A DNA stretch of 64,000 nt, from positions 3,155-67,154 of IMG/VR virus record IMGVR_UViG_3300046660_000239. One strand, written 5' to 3'. Shown here in pieces: positions 36,299-45,721 of the stretch. The translations under genes and the position numbers were made by a program. This DNA comes from a virus. Every line of letters starts with the position of its first letter. Position 1 is the first letter of the stretch. The notes under the pieces are model-generated. The model was not told where the DNA came from. It did no database searches and worked only from the letters and a program-made list of their open reading frames with translations.

Positions 36299-36723
36299 TA
36301 GGCGCTGGCCACGCCAGAATATTGAACGTCAATATTCAATACGGAAGTCGAAGCCGCCTGGCCCATCAGCGTGATGTAGTCGCCGCCGACGTCGTCGGCG
36401 AAGGGGCAAAGCTTCCCAGGTGTGTCCGAAAGATAGTACGCGGTGCCGGCCGTGAGCACGGCGCCGAGCGTTACCGGTCCAGAGACCTGCACGACAACCG
36501 GCTGGTTGAGCGCTGCGGTGTTCAGCGCGACGCCGATATTGCTTGTCTGGCCGCGAGCTTCGGCGGTAGCGGCATCGCTGTCAGCGAGCTGCCATTTGCC
36601 GGTCGTGGTAGAGTCGAGATAGACGATGTCGCCGGCTGCGATAGCCGCGCCAGCAACGCCTGTTTTTGTCTGCGCGCTTGCGCCTGCGACGACCGCGCTT
36701 GCGGTCACACTAATATCTGCCAT
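36298..36723 (-). CDS. Putative capsid decoration / structural protein
   Basis: AGAAIAAGDIVY...YYLSDTPG.L. Confidence 0.65.
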   Translation of the reverse strand: MADISVTASAVVAGASAQTKTGVAGAAIAAGDIVYLDSTTTGKWQLADSDAATAEARGQTSNIGVALNTAALNQPVVVQVSGPVTLGAVLTAGTAYYLSDTPGKLCPFADDVGGDYITLMGQAASTSVLNIDVQYSGVASA

Positions 36724-36734
36724 TGTTGGTTCCC

Positions 36735-37670
36735 TTACGAAGAATGGGCCGCCATCAGCGGCAATTGTGGAAAGTTGACATATGCACCAGCACCAACTTG
36801 TGCCAGTATGGCTTCATCGTAGGCGCGGGCCGCATCTTCGGCATTCATGAAGTATCCAACGTGCTTGTTCTTGCCGTTAACGTGAATGCGCGCGACAAAT
36901 TTCCCACGTGAATTGTCTAAGAATACGCCCTTATATCCAGACTTATTATTTGACTGGCGACCATTTGCCCGCCTTGAGAGAGAGGCCCTCTCAACTATCG
37001 ATGGGTCATTGTCATACGTAGCGCGCATTATGATGCCGTGCTCTTCTCGAGCACCATCAATATTGAACCGCTGCTTGGTTGCCTCAGCGTAACGCTGACG
37101 CTCAGCCTGATCATCAAAGCGTAGTATCGTGTTTACTCTTTGCCGCTCAACCGCTGCCGGATCCTCGTATCGCCGCAGATGAGACGAACTCATTTTTGCA
37201 CGCTGCTCATCTGGTATTGTTCGGCCGCGCTTCGATTCTGCCATCCTTGCGATATGCTCTGGAGACTTAATCCTCCCCTTAAGGGCGGCGCTCTTCTTGG
37301 CGCGGGCTTCTGCGCTCTGCACTTGGCCTTTGACGCCATCGCCACCATCAGTAAGGTTCATCAATGATGCGCCGTTGGCACGATACTCAGCGATGAGCGC
37401 TACCTCCATCATCATGGAGGCATCCTGCGTCATTCCAGATGCCAAAACACACATCAAGACTTCGGCGCCGGCGTCGACGACTGATCCAATCCATCGCGAC
37501 TTCTTCCACCCCTCCTTTGAGGCTTGGCTCAAATGCATAGAAAGCCTGGAATACGGATTATTGGTGATGCCAATGTAGCGGATTTCAACTGGCGCGCGGC
37601 TATCGACTAAGCCGTAAACAAACCACGAATCAGCGCGCCTAGGCGCATTGCGCCTGTCGTAAATTTCCAT
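36735..37670 (-). CDS. GIY-YIG homing endonuclease with NUMOD3 and AP2 domains
   Basis: VYGLVD...IRYIGIT...R...H; NLTDGGDG; SAEARAKKSAALKG; SGYKGV...HVGYF..AEDAARAYD. Confidence 0.88.
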   Translation of the reverse strand: MEIYDRRNAPRRADSWFVYGLVDSRAPVEIRYIGITNNPYSRLSMHLSQASKEGWKKSRWIGSVVDAGAEVLMCVLASGMTQDASMMMEVALIAEYRANGASLMNLTDGGDGVKGQVQSAEARAKKSAALKGRIKSPEHIARMAESKRGRTIPDEQRAKMSSSHLRRYEDPAAVERQRVNTILRFDDQAERQRYAEATKQRFNIDGAREEHGIIMRATYDNDPSIVERASLSRRANGRQSNNKSGYKGVFLDNSRGKFVARIHVNGKNKHVGYFMNAEDAARAYDEAILAQVGAGAYVNFPQLPLMAAHSS

Positions 37671-37694
37671 GCAAGGTGTCCAATCTCGCGTCCA

Positions 37695-37760
37695 GTTGTT
37701 GTATTCGGCAGGCGCCTGGACAGACGCTTTTCGGGAGCTACCCTAGCCGAACAACACAAC
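37695..37760 (-). ncRNA. Structured RNA upstream of the homing endonuclease, resembling c4-type phage antisense RNA motifs
   Basis: Outer stem GTTCGGC/GCCGAAT enclosing TAGGGTAGCTCCCGAAAAG and hairpin GCGTC-TGTCCA-GGCGC; the loop is complementary to two downstream TGGAC sites. Confidence 0.55.
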
Positions 37761-37792
37761 ATAGGGTTTTACGCCTATATTATCCAGTTATT

Positions 37793-38227
37793 TCACTGCG
37801 GAGGGTTGGCGGTCGGCCCAGTTGCCGGATAGCCGAGAATAGCAACGCCAGAGATGAAGATGTTGCCGGAGTCGTTGCCAGACGGCGTGACCGTAACCCG
37901 CACATACCTGCGCGTGCCAATGTAGCCGATCTTGCGGCACTCGACGTCATCATCGAACTGGAAGCTTGCCTGCGCCAGGGTGCCGACCAGCTGGCTTGCG
38001 GCAACCGCAGCAGCGTCAGACAGGTTGGCAACGTCGCCGGCGTCAACCGTTACGGCGAAAGTGGCATTCGTGTCGGTATTCGTGCCCGTGATGATAACGA
38101 ACTCAGCGGCATTATAGCCAGCAAGGTCGATGATGCTGGAGACGATGGCCGTGTTGTCAGTGCGGGCTGCGATCGGAGCGATCAGCGGCACGACGTGCAG
38201 AGTGTTGTGAATTTCGCGATTAGGCAT
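37793..38227 (-). CDS. Putative capsid cement / decoration protein
   Basis: IIDLAGY...IGYIGTRRYVRV. Confidence 0.7.
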   Translation of the reverse strand: MPNREIHNTLHVVPLIAPIAARTDNTAIVSSIIDLAGYNAAEFVIITGTNTDTNATFAVTVDAGDVANLSDAAAVAASQLVGTLAQASFQFDDDVECRKIGYIGTRRYVRVTVTPSGNDSGNIFISGVAILGYPATGPTANPPQ

Positions 38228-38244
38228 GGTGTTTTTCCTTTCGG

Positions 38245-38820
38245 TCAGGCGAAGCGGCCGACCCGATATCTTTCGAGAATAGATGCGACGCCCATAGGCA
38301 GATCTACGGCCTTGAGGTCAGTAGTGACGGCCTCGCGGTTCTGGTAAAAGTGACCGACAAGGAGAAGGATTGCCCACCGCAGATCTTGCGGTAGCGTTGC
38401 GTAGCCGCATACGAACGTGATTTTCACGACGCCTGGCTCGCAATAGGTTTCGGGCCACGCAGTATCGCGCGCAGGCCAGATGCGGAGCGGACTTGAATCA
38501 AGATCCAGCCGCAGCCCAGACACAGTTGCAGGCGAGCCGTTGGCGTCACTATACGCAACCGAAGTTACCGCGGTGACCGGGCCAAGTGGGACGATGATCT
38601 CGCAAGGGAAATGATCGAGAGACAGCCGCCACGTCTGCGGCGACAGTGCGATACCAATTCCGTACGGGCCTTCGATCGCAGCCTCAGCGGCCGCAACCAT
38701 AGCCGTGATGTCGGCATTGTCATCATCATGCAAAACGCGCAGATGCCGTTTGGCCTCAGCGAGAGACACAACCGGCGAGGCTGGCGGAACCGTCCTTACC
38801 AGTCGCGTCCATTCGTTCAT
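38245..38820 (-). CDS. Head-tail connector (HK97 gp6 / phiE125 gp8-like)
   Basis: VSLAEAKRHLRV...AILLLVGHFYQNREA. Confidence 0.9.
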   Translation of the reverse strand: MNEWTRLVRTVPPASPVVSLAEAKRHLRVLHDDDNADITAMVAAAEAAIEGPYGIGIALSPQTWRLSLDHFPCEIIVPLGPVTAVTSVAYSDANGSPATVSGLRLDLDSSPLRIWPARDTAWPETYCEPGVVKITFVCGYATLPQDLRWAILLLVGHFYQNREAVTTDLKAVDLPMGVASILERYRVGRFA

Positions 38821-39107
38821 TTACGACGACCTCGGCGTGCTGGTGCAGCATCAGCAGTTTCAACTACCGGATCAGCAACCGCCGCATCTTCCGGCGCAGC
38901 CGCTACTGCGGTCTCCGCTGGAGCTTCTTCGACGGACTTTTCCACAACAGGTTCGACAACCGGCTCGGCAACAGGTTCGCACAGCGAATCCCAGCCGTTG
39001 CCTACGAGGGCGGCGAAAACGTCCTGCTCAACCTCTTCCCCGAAACGAAACGAGAAATCAGCGCCGGCCAGACTTGTATTTATCTTGACGAGCATGCTGC
39101 CCTCCAA
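38817..39107 (-). CDS. Small structural-region protein after the capsid gene
   Basis: Position; acidic linker with basic tail. Confidence 0.7.
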   Translation of the reverse strand: MEGSMLVKINTSLAGADFSFRFGEEVEQDVFAALVGNGWDSLCEPVAEPVVEPVVEKSVEEAPAETAVAAAPEDAAVADPVVETADAAPARRGRRK

Positions 39108-39144
39108 TTGTTGGGCGCCGCCATTTCTGACGGCGCCTCAATGA

Positions 39145-40383
39145 TTACGGATGCAGCAGGGTCTTGACAGCGGCGCTATCGAGCAGTTCGCCGTCGAGGC
39201 GAGTGAAGCCGATGAGGCCGACCTGCCCGTAATCCGCATAACGCTCAACGAGACGCTTGATTGCGAATTCCTTGACCATGCGGACGATGTACTTGTTCAT
39301 CGCGCCGAAGACGACCGACTTTGCGCCGGTACCGATGTCGGCAACCGCCTGGTTGATGACGTAGCCGTAGGTCAGGATCGTCGCAGGAGCGCCGCCCTTA
39401 ACGTCGGCAGGCTGCCAGATATACGCGCCGTTCAGATCCTTGAGCTTGCGTGCTGCCTTCAGCGTGTTGTCGTTGAACATCCACTTGATGGACGGGTCCG
39501 AACGATACGCCGGGTCAACGGAGTGCTCGAGGTTGATGAAGTCGTCGAAGGTGATGGCAGCAGCGCCGGCAGCGGCGGTCGTGCCGGCTGCAGTCACGAT
39601 ACCATTCGGCTTCGAAGCGCCGTCACCGGTCGTCAGGTGCGTGTTGGCGATGCGGCCGATACGTTCGCCCATGGCATCACGAACCAGAGCCTCGACGTCC
39701 ATGACGGAGTCCTGAAGCAGTTCGTCGGAAACCAGAACAACGCCCGAGGTGTACTTGTAGGCGTCGATCGACTTGGTGCCGAACGCGATTTCCGAAACGG
39801 AAACCTGCTGGTTTTCACCGATGAGCGCGCCGACGTTTGCAGTGTCGTTCATGGTCGGCATCGTGATCGTGGCGCCGGTCGACGTCTGCAGCATGCGGGT
39901 GACGCCCGGATCGAGCATCGGACCCCAAGCCTTCAGCGACTTGATGAGTTCGGCCTGGAAGATGCCGGGAACGAGGTAACCGCCCTGCGTCTGCGTGCCG
40001 ACGGACTGGCCGCGCTCTTCAACGGTCTTGATGATGGCGCGCTGTTCAACCGACAGGCTGGAAACGCCGCCGCGGAGGAAGCTGCGGAAAGCATCAGCAT
40101 ACTTTTCGTCGGCAGTCTTTTCGACTTCGCCGGCGCCGGCACGCGTGTCAGCGTTCGGGCGGCGAACATCAGCTTCGTTCAGCTTGCGCTCGCGGGCTTC
40201 GGCTTCTTCTTCGCGCTTGATGCGGGCCTCGAGCTTGTCGAATTCCGCCATTGCGGCGTCGTGCTGCGTTTCGAGTTCGGAGACGCGCGCTTCTGCGGTG
40301 TCGTCCTTGATGTCGGCAAGCAGGGCGCGGGCGTCAGCGACAAGCTTCTGCTGCTTTTCGCGCATTTCAAGAATGGTGGGCAT
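39145..40383 (-). CDS. Major capsid protein (HK97 fold with delta domain)
   Basis: GGYLVP...VSDELLQDS...GDG..KPNGI...G..RLDG. Confidence 0.95.
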   Translation of the reverse strand: MPTILEMREKQQKLVADARALLADIKDDTAEARVSELETQHDAAMAEFDKLEARIKREEEAEARERKLNEADVRRPNADTRAGAGEVEKTADEKYADAFRSFLRGGVSSLSVEQRAIIKTVEERGQSVGTQTQGGYLVPGIFQAELIKSLKAWGPMLDPGVTRMLQTSTGATITMPTMNDTANVGALIGENQQVSVSEIAFGTKSIDAYKYTSGVVLVSDELLQDSVMDVEALVRDAMGERIGRIANTHLTTGDGASKPNGIVTAAGTTAAAGAAAITFDDFINLEHSVDPAYRSDPSIKWMFNDNTLKAARKLKDLNGAYIWQPADVKGGAPATILTYGYVINQAVADIGTGAKSVVFGAMNKYIVRMVKEFAIKRLVERYADYGQVGLIGFTRLDGELLDSAAVKTLLHP

Positions 40384-40457
40384 GTGGTCTCCAAAATGGA
40401 AAGAGCCCGCCGGTGGCGAGCTCAGTGTGGTGGTTTTTGGTGGGTGACAGCGCTTGG

Positions 40458-41090
40458 TCAGCGCATGCTGCGGACCTTAAGTTCTAGGTCCATCTTCAGG
40501 CGCGCACGGTGCGCAGCCTTGCTTACCGGCGCTGCCGCCGGATCGGTAATTTCTTCTGCAGGCACGACTGGCTCGGCCGGGTTGGCCGACCGCCACTCTT
40601 CAAGCGAGCGGACGCCGATGGTGGTGTCATCGTAGGCGGGCCAAGCCACCGCGGAGACTTCCATCAACTCAAGAGCCTGAATGGTCCGAACCGGAATATC
40701 GCCGGTTTCGTCCCATAGTTCCTTGGTGACGCGGAAACCGAACGACATGCCGCTGATATCGCCGCGCTCGACGAGAACCCACAGGTCGTTTCCGTCCGTG
40801 GTGTTCGGGACATCGATTTCTACACGAAGGCCGACACCGTCCTCGGAAAGACGCAGCGTGCCGCTCTTGGTGCGTCCGACGACGCGGCCGGGGTCATGAT
40901 CGACCAGGGCGCGGATATCGCCGCCGATGGCCTCAGTGAAGGCGCCTGGCGCAATCTGCTCTTTGAAGTAGCCGCCGATATTGGCAAGACGCTCGAAAAC
41001 AGCAGCGTAGCCAACAAGCACGCGCTTGTCGTTCTCTGCTCGATGCTCGACGCCGCCAGCGTGGGTGCGCTTCTCAATGTTCGTCTTCAT
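40458..41090 (-). CDS. HK97-family prohead protease
   Basis: GYAAVF...F.E.IAPGAF...LVDHD...GMSFGF...EVSAVAWPAY. Confidence 0.95.
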   Translation of the reverse strand: MKTNIEKRTHAGGVEHRAENDKRVLVGYAAVFERLANIGGYFKEQIAPGAFTEAIGGDIRALVDHDPGRVVGRTKSGTLRLSEDGVGLRVEIDVPNTTDGNDLWVLVERGDISGMSFGFRVTKELWDETGDIPVRTIQALELMEVSAVAWPAYDDTTIGVRSLEEWRSANPAEPVVPAEEITDPAAAPVSKAAHRARLKMDLELKVRSMR

Positions 41091-42361
41091 GCGGCCTGCG
41101 TCCCGTCGTTCTGTTTGTTGTCATTCGCAGGAGCGGCGGTTGGCGCCGGCGTCATCTGCATACCCAGTGGCACCGTGGCGCCCTGGATGTGAAGTTTGTC
41201 GGCGTCCTCGCCCTTCTTCGGCCAGTTCTCCATCGCGCGCACCTCGTCGGGTGTGTTGATGGCGTTCTGAATTGCCGTGGCGTAGCCTGCCATGCGCGTT
41301 GCGAAGTCGCCCCTAAGGAGCCCGTCGAGATTGAACTCAACAAACTTGGTGCGATTGCGCGCAGAAAAGAGCTTCAGGTTAAGTTCCTGCTCCCAAGCCT
41401 TCACCCACTGGGCGATAAGGTGCTTGACCAAGTTCAGATCCTGCTGCTCGGTATTCGAAAATGTGCCGTGCGTCAGATCCTGCAGAAAAACCGGAGGAAT
41501 GCCGAATATCCTGGCAATTTCCTCAATCTGCATACGGCGGGCTTCCACCATCTGCGATTTCTGAGGATCAATGCCGATCGGCTTAAGTTCATGCCCTGTC
41601 GGCATGATCAAGACGTTTCGACGCTCGGCGTTTGCGTCTCGGATCGCCTGATTGACGTCTGTGGCTGCCCTTGATGCAGCTGCAGGCGACGGCACTGAGC
41701 CGTATAGCGCCAAAGGAGGAACGCCGCCGTTCGCAAAGAACTTGCGTGCGTATTCTTCAAGCGCCAGAGACAGTCCGACGGCTCCCCTCAGCTTAGTCAC
41801 CGGGTCGACATGAGACACGCCGTCTGGCTTGAGCATGAAGGTCAGGTCGATGACTTCGCTGGCCGAGTAGGTTACCTTCCGCCCGCCGTCGTCGTAGTGG
41901 TAAAGCTTGCGACCGTTCTTGCGCTCGATCGTCAACTTGTCCGTGTCGAGCGGCCAGATGTTCATGACCCGGCCGGCCTTGTTCCGCTCGATGAACGAAA
42001 CGCCTCGACCGCGGAGCAAAACATTGATCATCATGCCCTTACGCCACATGAATGACGTGAGTTCGTCATTCGGGGCATCGTGCATGATGGCGTAAAGCGG
42101 ATCCTTATCGGCCGTATCTCGGCCATCGCCGCTTTTCTGGAACACCTGAAGTGGGAGGCTGGCGATTGTGTTTGCGATAAAGTTGACGGCACACCATACA
42201 GCCGGCACCTCAAGCGCCGTCTCGTGCGTCACAACCACGCCGGCGACGCCGTGCCATTCGCCCATCAGTGTCCGCCATGCGCCAACATCGGAAAGCGGGA
42301 CGGACGGACTTTCTAGAGTGGCGCGCGTCTCCACGGCCACCCTCTCCTTAAAAGGCCACAT
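41087..42361 (-). CDS. HK97-family portal protein
   Basis: AVWCAVNFIANTIASLPL...EIARIFGIPP...TFSNTEQQ...TPDEVR. Confidence 0.95.
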   Translation of the reverse strand: MWPFKERVAVETRATLESPSVPLSDVGAWRTLMGEWHGVAGVVVTHETALEVPAVWCAVNFIANTIASLPLQVFQKSGDGRDTADKDPLYAIMHDAPNDELTSFMWRKGMMINVLLRGRGVSFIERNKAGRVMNIWPLDTDKLTIERKNGRKLYHYDDGGRKVTYSASEVIDLTFMLKPDGVSHVDPVTKLRGAVGLSLALEEYARKFFANGGVPPLALYGSVPSPAAASRAATDVNQAIRDANAERRNVLIMPTGHELKPIGIDPQKSQMVEARRMQIEEIARIFGIPPVFLQDLTHGTFSNTEQQDLNLVKHLIAQWVKAWEQELNLKLFSARNRTKFVEFNLDGLLRGDFATRMAGYATAIQNAINTPDEVRAMENWPKKGEDADKLHIQGATVPLGMQMTPAPTAAPANDNKQNDGTQAA

Positions 42362-42379
42362 GCAATTTCCTTGCCGCCG

Positions 42380-44296
42380 TCATACGACGGCAATTTTGAA
42401 TTCTGGATCTTCCCAGGGGGAAACGGCTGGCTTGATCTCGACGAAACCATCAACAGCAGCGCCCACCGCCATGCAGAGGGCGATTGCCGCATCTATCTTT
42501 TGCGTCGACTTTTTCTTGACGAGGAACTGATTCCCCATCTCCGGCTCGGTTTCGACGTGCGCGGCCATGATGGCACCAAGGATCACCGGGCTTTTTCTAA
42601 TACGAATGCGCTCTTCGAGAATTAACGTCTCAAGCGCAGCCATGCTTCCCGGCATCCACAATCCTAGTGGCGGCTCTTCTCCGGCTGCCTTGGCAGCTTC
42701 AACCTTGGCGGGATCTGGCTTTGCGCGCCTCTTCCCGCCCTGCGGGTGCATCACGCACGGAAAGTCCAGACCGTATGCATCAATCTCGTTCTGAAACTCG
42801 TCGAATCGATATCGGTCATACGCCAAAACGTCGATGCCGTGATTGTCGTGTATCTTAGCAAACAGGGCCGCAACATGGTCTTGGCGTATCGACGTTCCTT
42901 CTGGCGCGCGGATGTGATTGTCGTTGAACCACTGACGATAAGGCAGACTTGAAGCCTTTGCCCGCTCATCCATGGTGTCGCGCGGCGTCCATGCCTCAAT
43001 CCACGCATCATAGGTCGGAAGAATGACTTCTTCGCCATCCGCCCTTCTTACCAACTTGCCTTCCGTCTCAACAACGAACGCGGCTGCTGTTAAGTCGATC
43101 TTTCCAGACAAGTCGAGGCCGGCCGCCTTGATGCGTCTGCCCTTGTGTAGCTCATACGGATCAAACTCCGCCATGACGCGCTCAACAAGCGGACGAGGAA
43201 TCCATGTCGTCTCGGATTCGGTCCAAACGCAAAAGTGAAGTCGCAGGATGTTGCCGCGCTTGGATGGAATGTCACGCGCCTGAGCGACGTTCTTCTCCAT
43301 GTAATCGTGCGTCAGGATGACGCCCAAAAGCGGGTTTGCCTTTATCCAACAAGTCGGGTCGGTGAATGGGTCGTCGTCCTTGTCGAGGGCGCAGACGTAC
43401 GAGAACGACGTGTCGTCGATTACCTCGCCGACATAAGTCGCATCTTCATCGAGCAATTCCTTGGGGACGCCAGCGGCTACCGACACGGCGTGCTGGTGTT
43501 CATCCCAGCAAACCGACGTGCGGTCAAAGCCAGAGTTCGTAATCATCACCAGTAGCGGCTGCCGGCGGGCCTTAAAGCCACGCTCCAGCATTTCAATGAC
43601 AGCACTGTTCGGATGTTCATGCAGTTCGTCGCAAAGCGCGACCGTGGGCCGAGGCCCAGACGATGCACCCTCACGAGAAATCACCCGGAAGAACGATCCA
43701 GTCTTCAGATAAGCGAGGTTCTCGACAAAGGCGCCGGTGCCCCCACTGGGGACAAGATTCGCGGTCAGCAAAGGAGACTGCCTCACCATCGAGACGGCAT
43801 CTCGAAACAGAACAAACGCCTGCCCCTTATCCTTGCCTGCCGCGTAAATCTCCGCTCCTGCCTCCCCATCGGCCACTAGCCCGTACAATCCAATGGCCGC
43901 AGCCATCGGGGACTTGCCGTTGCCTTTTCCTATCTCGATGTATGCGCGGCGAAAGCGGCGAAAGCCGTCGGCCTTCTTCCACCCATACAGCGACCCCAGA
44001 ATGAATTCCTGCGACTCGTGCGGGTTGAATGGTTTCCCATCAAACTGGCCGTCTTTTAGCTTGCACACGACACGGCAAAACCTCAGAATGTCGTGCGCGG
44101 CTTCTAGGTCGAAATACAGCCCACGCTCATGCCCGCTCTTCATGTCGTCAAGGTGCCGTTGGCAAGCGTTTCGCACATGCGGTCCCGCGACCACCTCGCC
44201 AGACAAAACTCGATTTGCGTAAGCCGTCACAGGATCGTGAAGCGGCGCACTTCTACCTCTCGAAGAACTCTTCGCCTGGCTCTTTTTCATCGCCAT
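42380..44296 (-). CDS. terL: Terminase large subunit
   Basis: RRFRRAYIEIGKGNGKS (Walker A), CDELHEH (Walker B), GLDLS, KIDAAIA. Confidence 0.95.
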   Translation of the reverse strand: MAMKKSQAKSSSRGRSAPLHDPVTAYANRVLSGEVVAGPHVRNACQRHLDDMKSGHERGLYFDLEAAHDILRFCRVVCKLKDGQFDGKPFNPHESQEFILGSLYGWKKADGFRRFRRAYIEIGKGNGKSPMAAAIGLYGLVADGEAGAEIYAAGKDKGQAFVLFRDAVSMVRQSPLLTANLVPSGGTGAFVENLAYLKTGSFFRVISREGASSGPRPTVALCDELHEHPNSAVIEMLERGFKARRQPLLVMITNSGFDRTSVCWDEHQHAVSVAAGVPKELLDEDATYVGEVIDDTSFSYVCALDKDDDPFTDPTCWIKANPLLGVILTHDYMEKNVAQARDIPSKRGNILRLHFCVWTESETTWIPRPLVERVMAEFDPYELHKGRRIKAAGLDLSGKIDLTAAAFVVETEGKLVRRADGEEVILPTYDAWIEAWTPRDTMDERAKASSLPYRQWFNDNHIRAPEGTSIRQDHVAALFAKIHDNHGIDVLAYDRYRFDEFQNEIDAYGLDFPCVMHPQGGKRRAKPDPAKVEAAKAAGEEPPLGLWMPGSMAALETLILEERIRIRKSPVILGAIMAAHVETEPEMGNQFLVKKKSTQKIDAAIALCMAVGAAVDGFVEIKPAVSPWEDPEFKIAVV

Positions 44297-44654
44297 CAGC
44301 GGTTAACCCAATCTTTGTAGAGTCGGCCGGAGTTGCCCCCATTTTACCAAGCGTCACCTGATAAAGGTTCATCCCCTGAATGCCGAGATCCGTCTCCCCG
44401 TTGGATGAATCCCCCATCATTCGACCGCGCAGTTTTGCGGCAATCGACAATAGGCCGCGATGGCTCTTATTGAGCCATGGGATTTCCGATACGATTTCAA
44501 CCCAAGCCAGCTTTGCGTTATCCGACAACCACGAGAATGGTTCGCCCACTCCATCCTTAACAACAGGCGCATTGCGACCCTCGAAGCGTGCTTTTCTTTT
44601 TACATCAGCACCCAGCGCTTTCGCCTTGCCGGGCGGCAATCTTGGCCTGGCCAT
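44253..44654 (-). CDS. terS: Terminase small subunit
   Basis: MARPR...KMGATPAD; directly before terL. Confidence 0.8.
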   Translation of the reverse strand: MARPRLPPGKAKALGADVKRKARFEGRNAPVVKDGVGEPFSWLSDNAKLAWVEIVSEIPWLNKSHRGLLSIAAKLRGRMMGDSSNGETDLGIQGMNLYQVTLGKMGATPADSTKIGLTADGDEKEPGEEFFER

Positions 44655-44666
44655 GCAAAATCTCCA

Positions 44667-44682
44667 TTGACAAATTTGTCAA
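44667..44682. promoter_or_regulatory. Perfect 16-bp palindrome TTGACAAATTTGTCAA just upstream of the terS RBS
   Basis: Fully symmetric version of the operator motif. Confidence 0.75.
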
Positions 44683-44789
44683 ACAATATATGATTTCTCA
44701 ATCGACCGTCGAGCATCGCTCCGGAGAACTTGCGAGTTCAATCGAGACTTCAGACCCTCATATTTTCAATTGGATTTATGTGCGCTGTT

Positions 44790-44860
44790 GCCCAACGCCG
44801 GTACCCAGGGCGGCAGGCCCTAGAGATCCGACCCACCCCTCCCCAGGGCAACCCTCTATC
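44790..44860. other. Probable cos region
   Basis: Non-coding gap between HNH and terS with a G-rich tract (GGGGAGGGGTGGGTC on the minus strand), as in HK97-like cos phages; cut site not determinable. Confidence 0.35.
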
Positions 44861-44937
44861 ATATCGTTCTTCGATGCGATCGTCAAGCATTAAATCCAAT
44901 AAAATCATCTATTTATCGAACTATTTTCATCTATTTT

Positions 44938-45222
44938 CTAAAGCGGCCATCCATCCGCGCCATATCGGATCACGTTCTGTCCTTTGTCGATGCGCTGCTT
45001 AGCTCCATCGTGATGCGCTTTGCATAGCGACTGGAAGGGACCGGACCAGAACAGTTCCACGTTCCCCTTGTGAGGGGTTATGTGGTCGCATATGGTCGCC
45101 GCTGTTACGTCCTCAGCCTCTAGGCAGTAGCGACACAGCGGCTCGGCACTGAGCTGCGCCTCACGCAGGCGCTTCCATGCTGCCGTCTGGTAGAGGTGGT
45201 GCCATGCACTCTTATTGGCCAT
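44938..45222 (-). CDS. Packaging-associated HNH endonuclease (HK97 gp74-like)
   Basis: W..LR...L...PLC..C...DHI.PHKG...QSLCK.HH; upstream of terS. Confidence 0.9.
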   Translation of the reverse strand: MANKSAWHHLYQTAAWKRLREAQLSAEPLCRYCLEAEDVTAATICDHITPHKGNVELFWSGPFQSLCKAHHDGAKQRIDKGQNVIRYGADGWPL

Positions 45223-45721
45223 GCATCACCATAGAAAACGAAAGCGCCAGGGAGCCTTATTACAAGGCTCAACCTGGCGCAGGATTACCGCGTCGCGAGA
45301 GGAGGCGCGCTGCGGTAATTGGTATGCCCAACGGAACGCCGCGTCCAAGCCGCAAGCATCTAGCCGTGAGTGGGCAATAAGTGAGTATGGCCAACAGTCC
45401 GCTACGTGGGGCGTTAGCGCTGTTGGTCCATCCCCAGCGAACCCGCATAACGGGTCGCCAATTAAGTTGCATCCAGCCACGGCGCGTCCGCAGTGCCCTC
45501 CTGTTGCTTCAGGATGTTAGGCATGTAGCCAACAGCGCCACGGTACAATGCCCGGTGCGATGCCAGCCACAGAGGACTAGGATGCTCATCAGAAAAGTTA
45601 CCCAAGGCTCAGAGACGGCACTAAATGCCGCATGGCGATGGGTCCGGGACTTCGCCGGAAGAGTTTGGGCTCATTTGCGAACCCTTCGCTCTATTCCCCA
45701 TGAGAACGGCATTTTCTCCGA

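Noticed and set aside
39151-40635. 494-aa + strand ORF and similar long antisense ORFs (12324..13454, 19555..20397, 56682..57590)
   Set aside because: Mirror-frame shadows of high-GC, codon-biased minus-strand genes; no motifs.
45585-45592. CTGATGAG on the minus strand as a hammerhead ribozyme core
   Set aside because: A stem can follow it, but the required GAAA and cleavage-site arrangement are not present.
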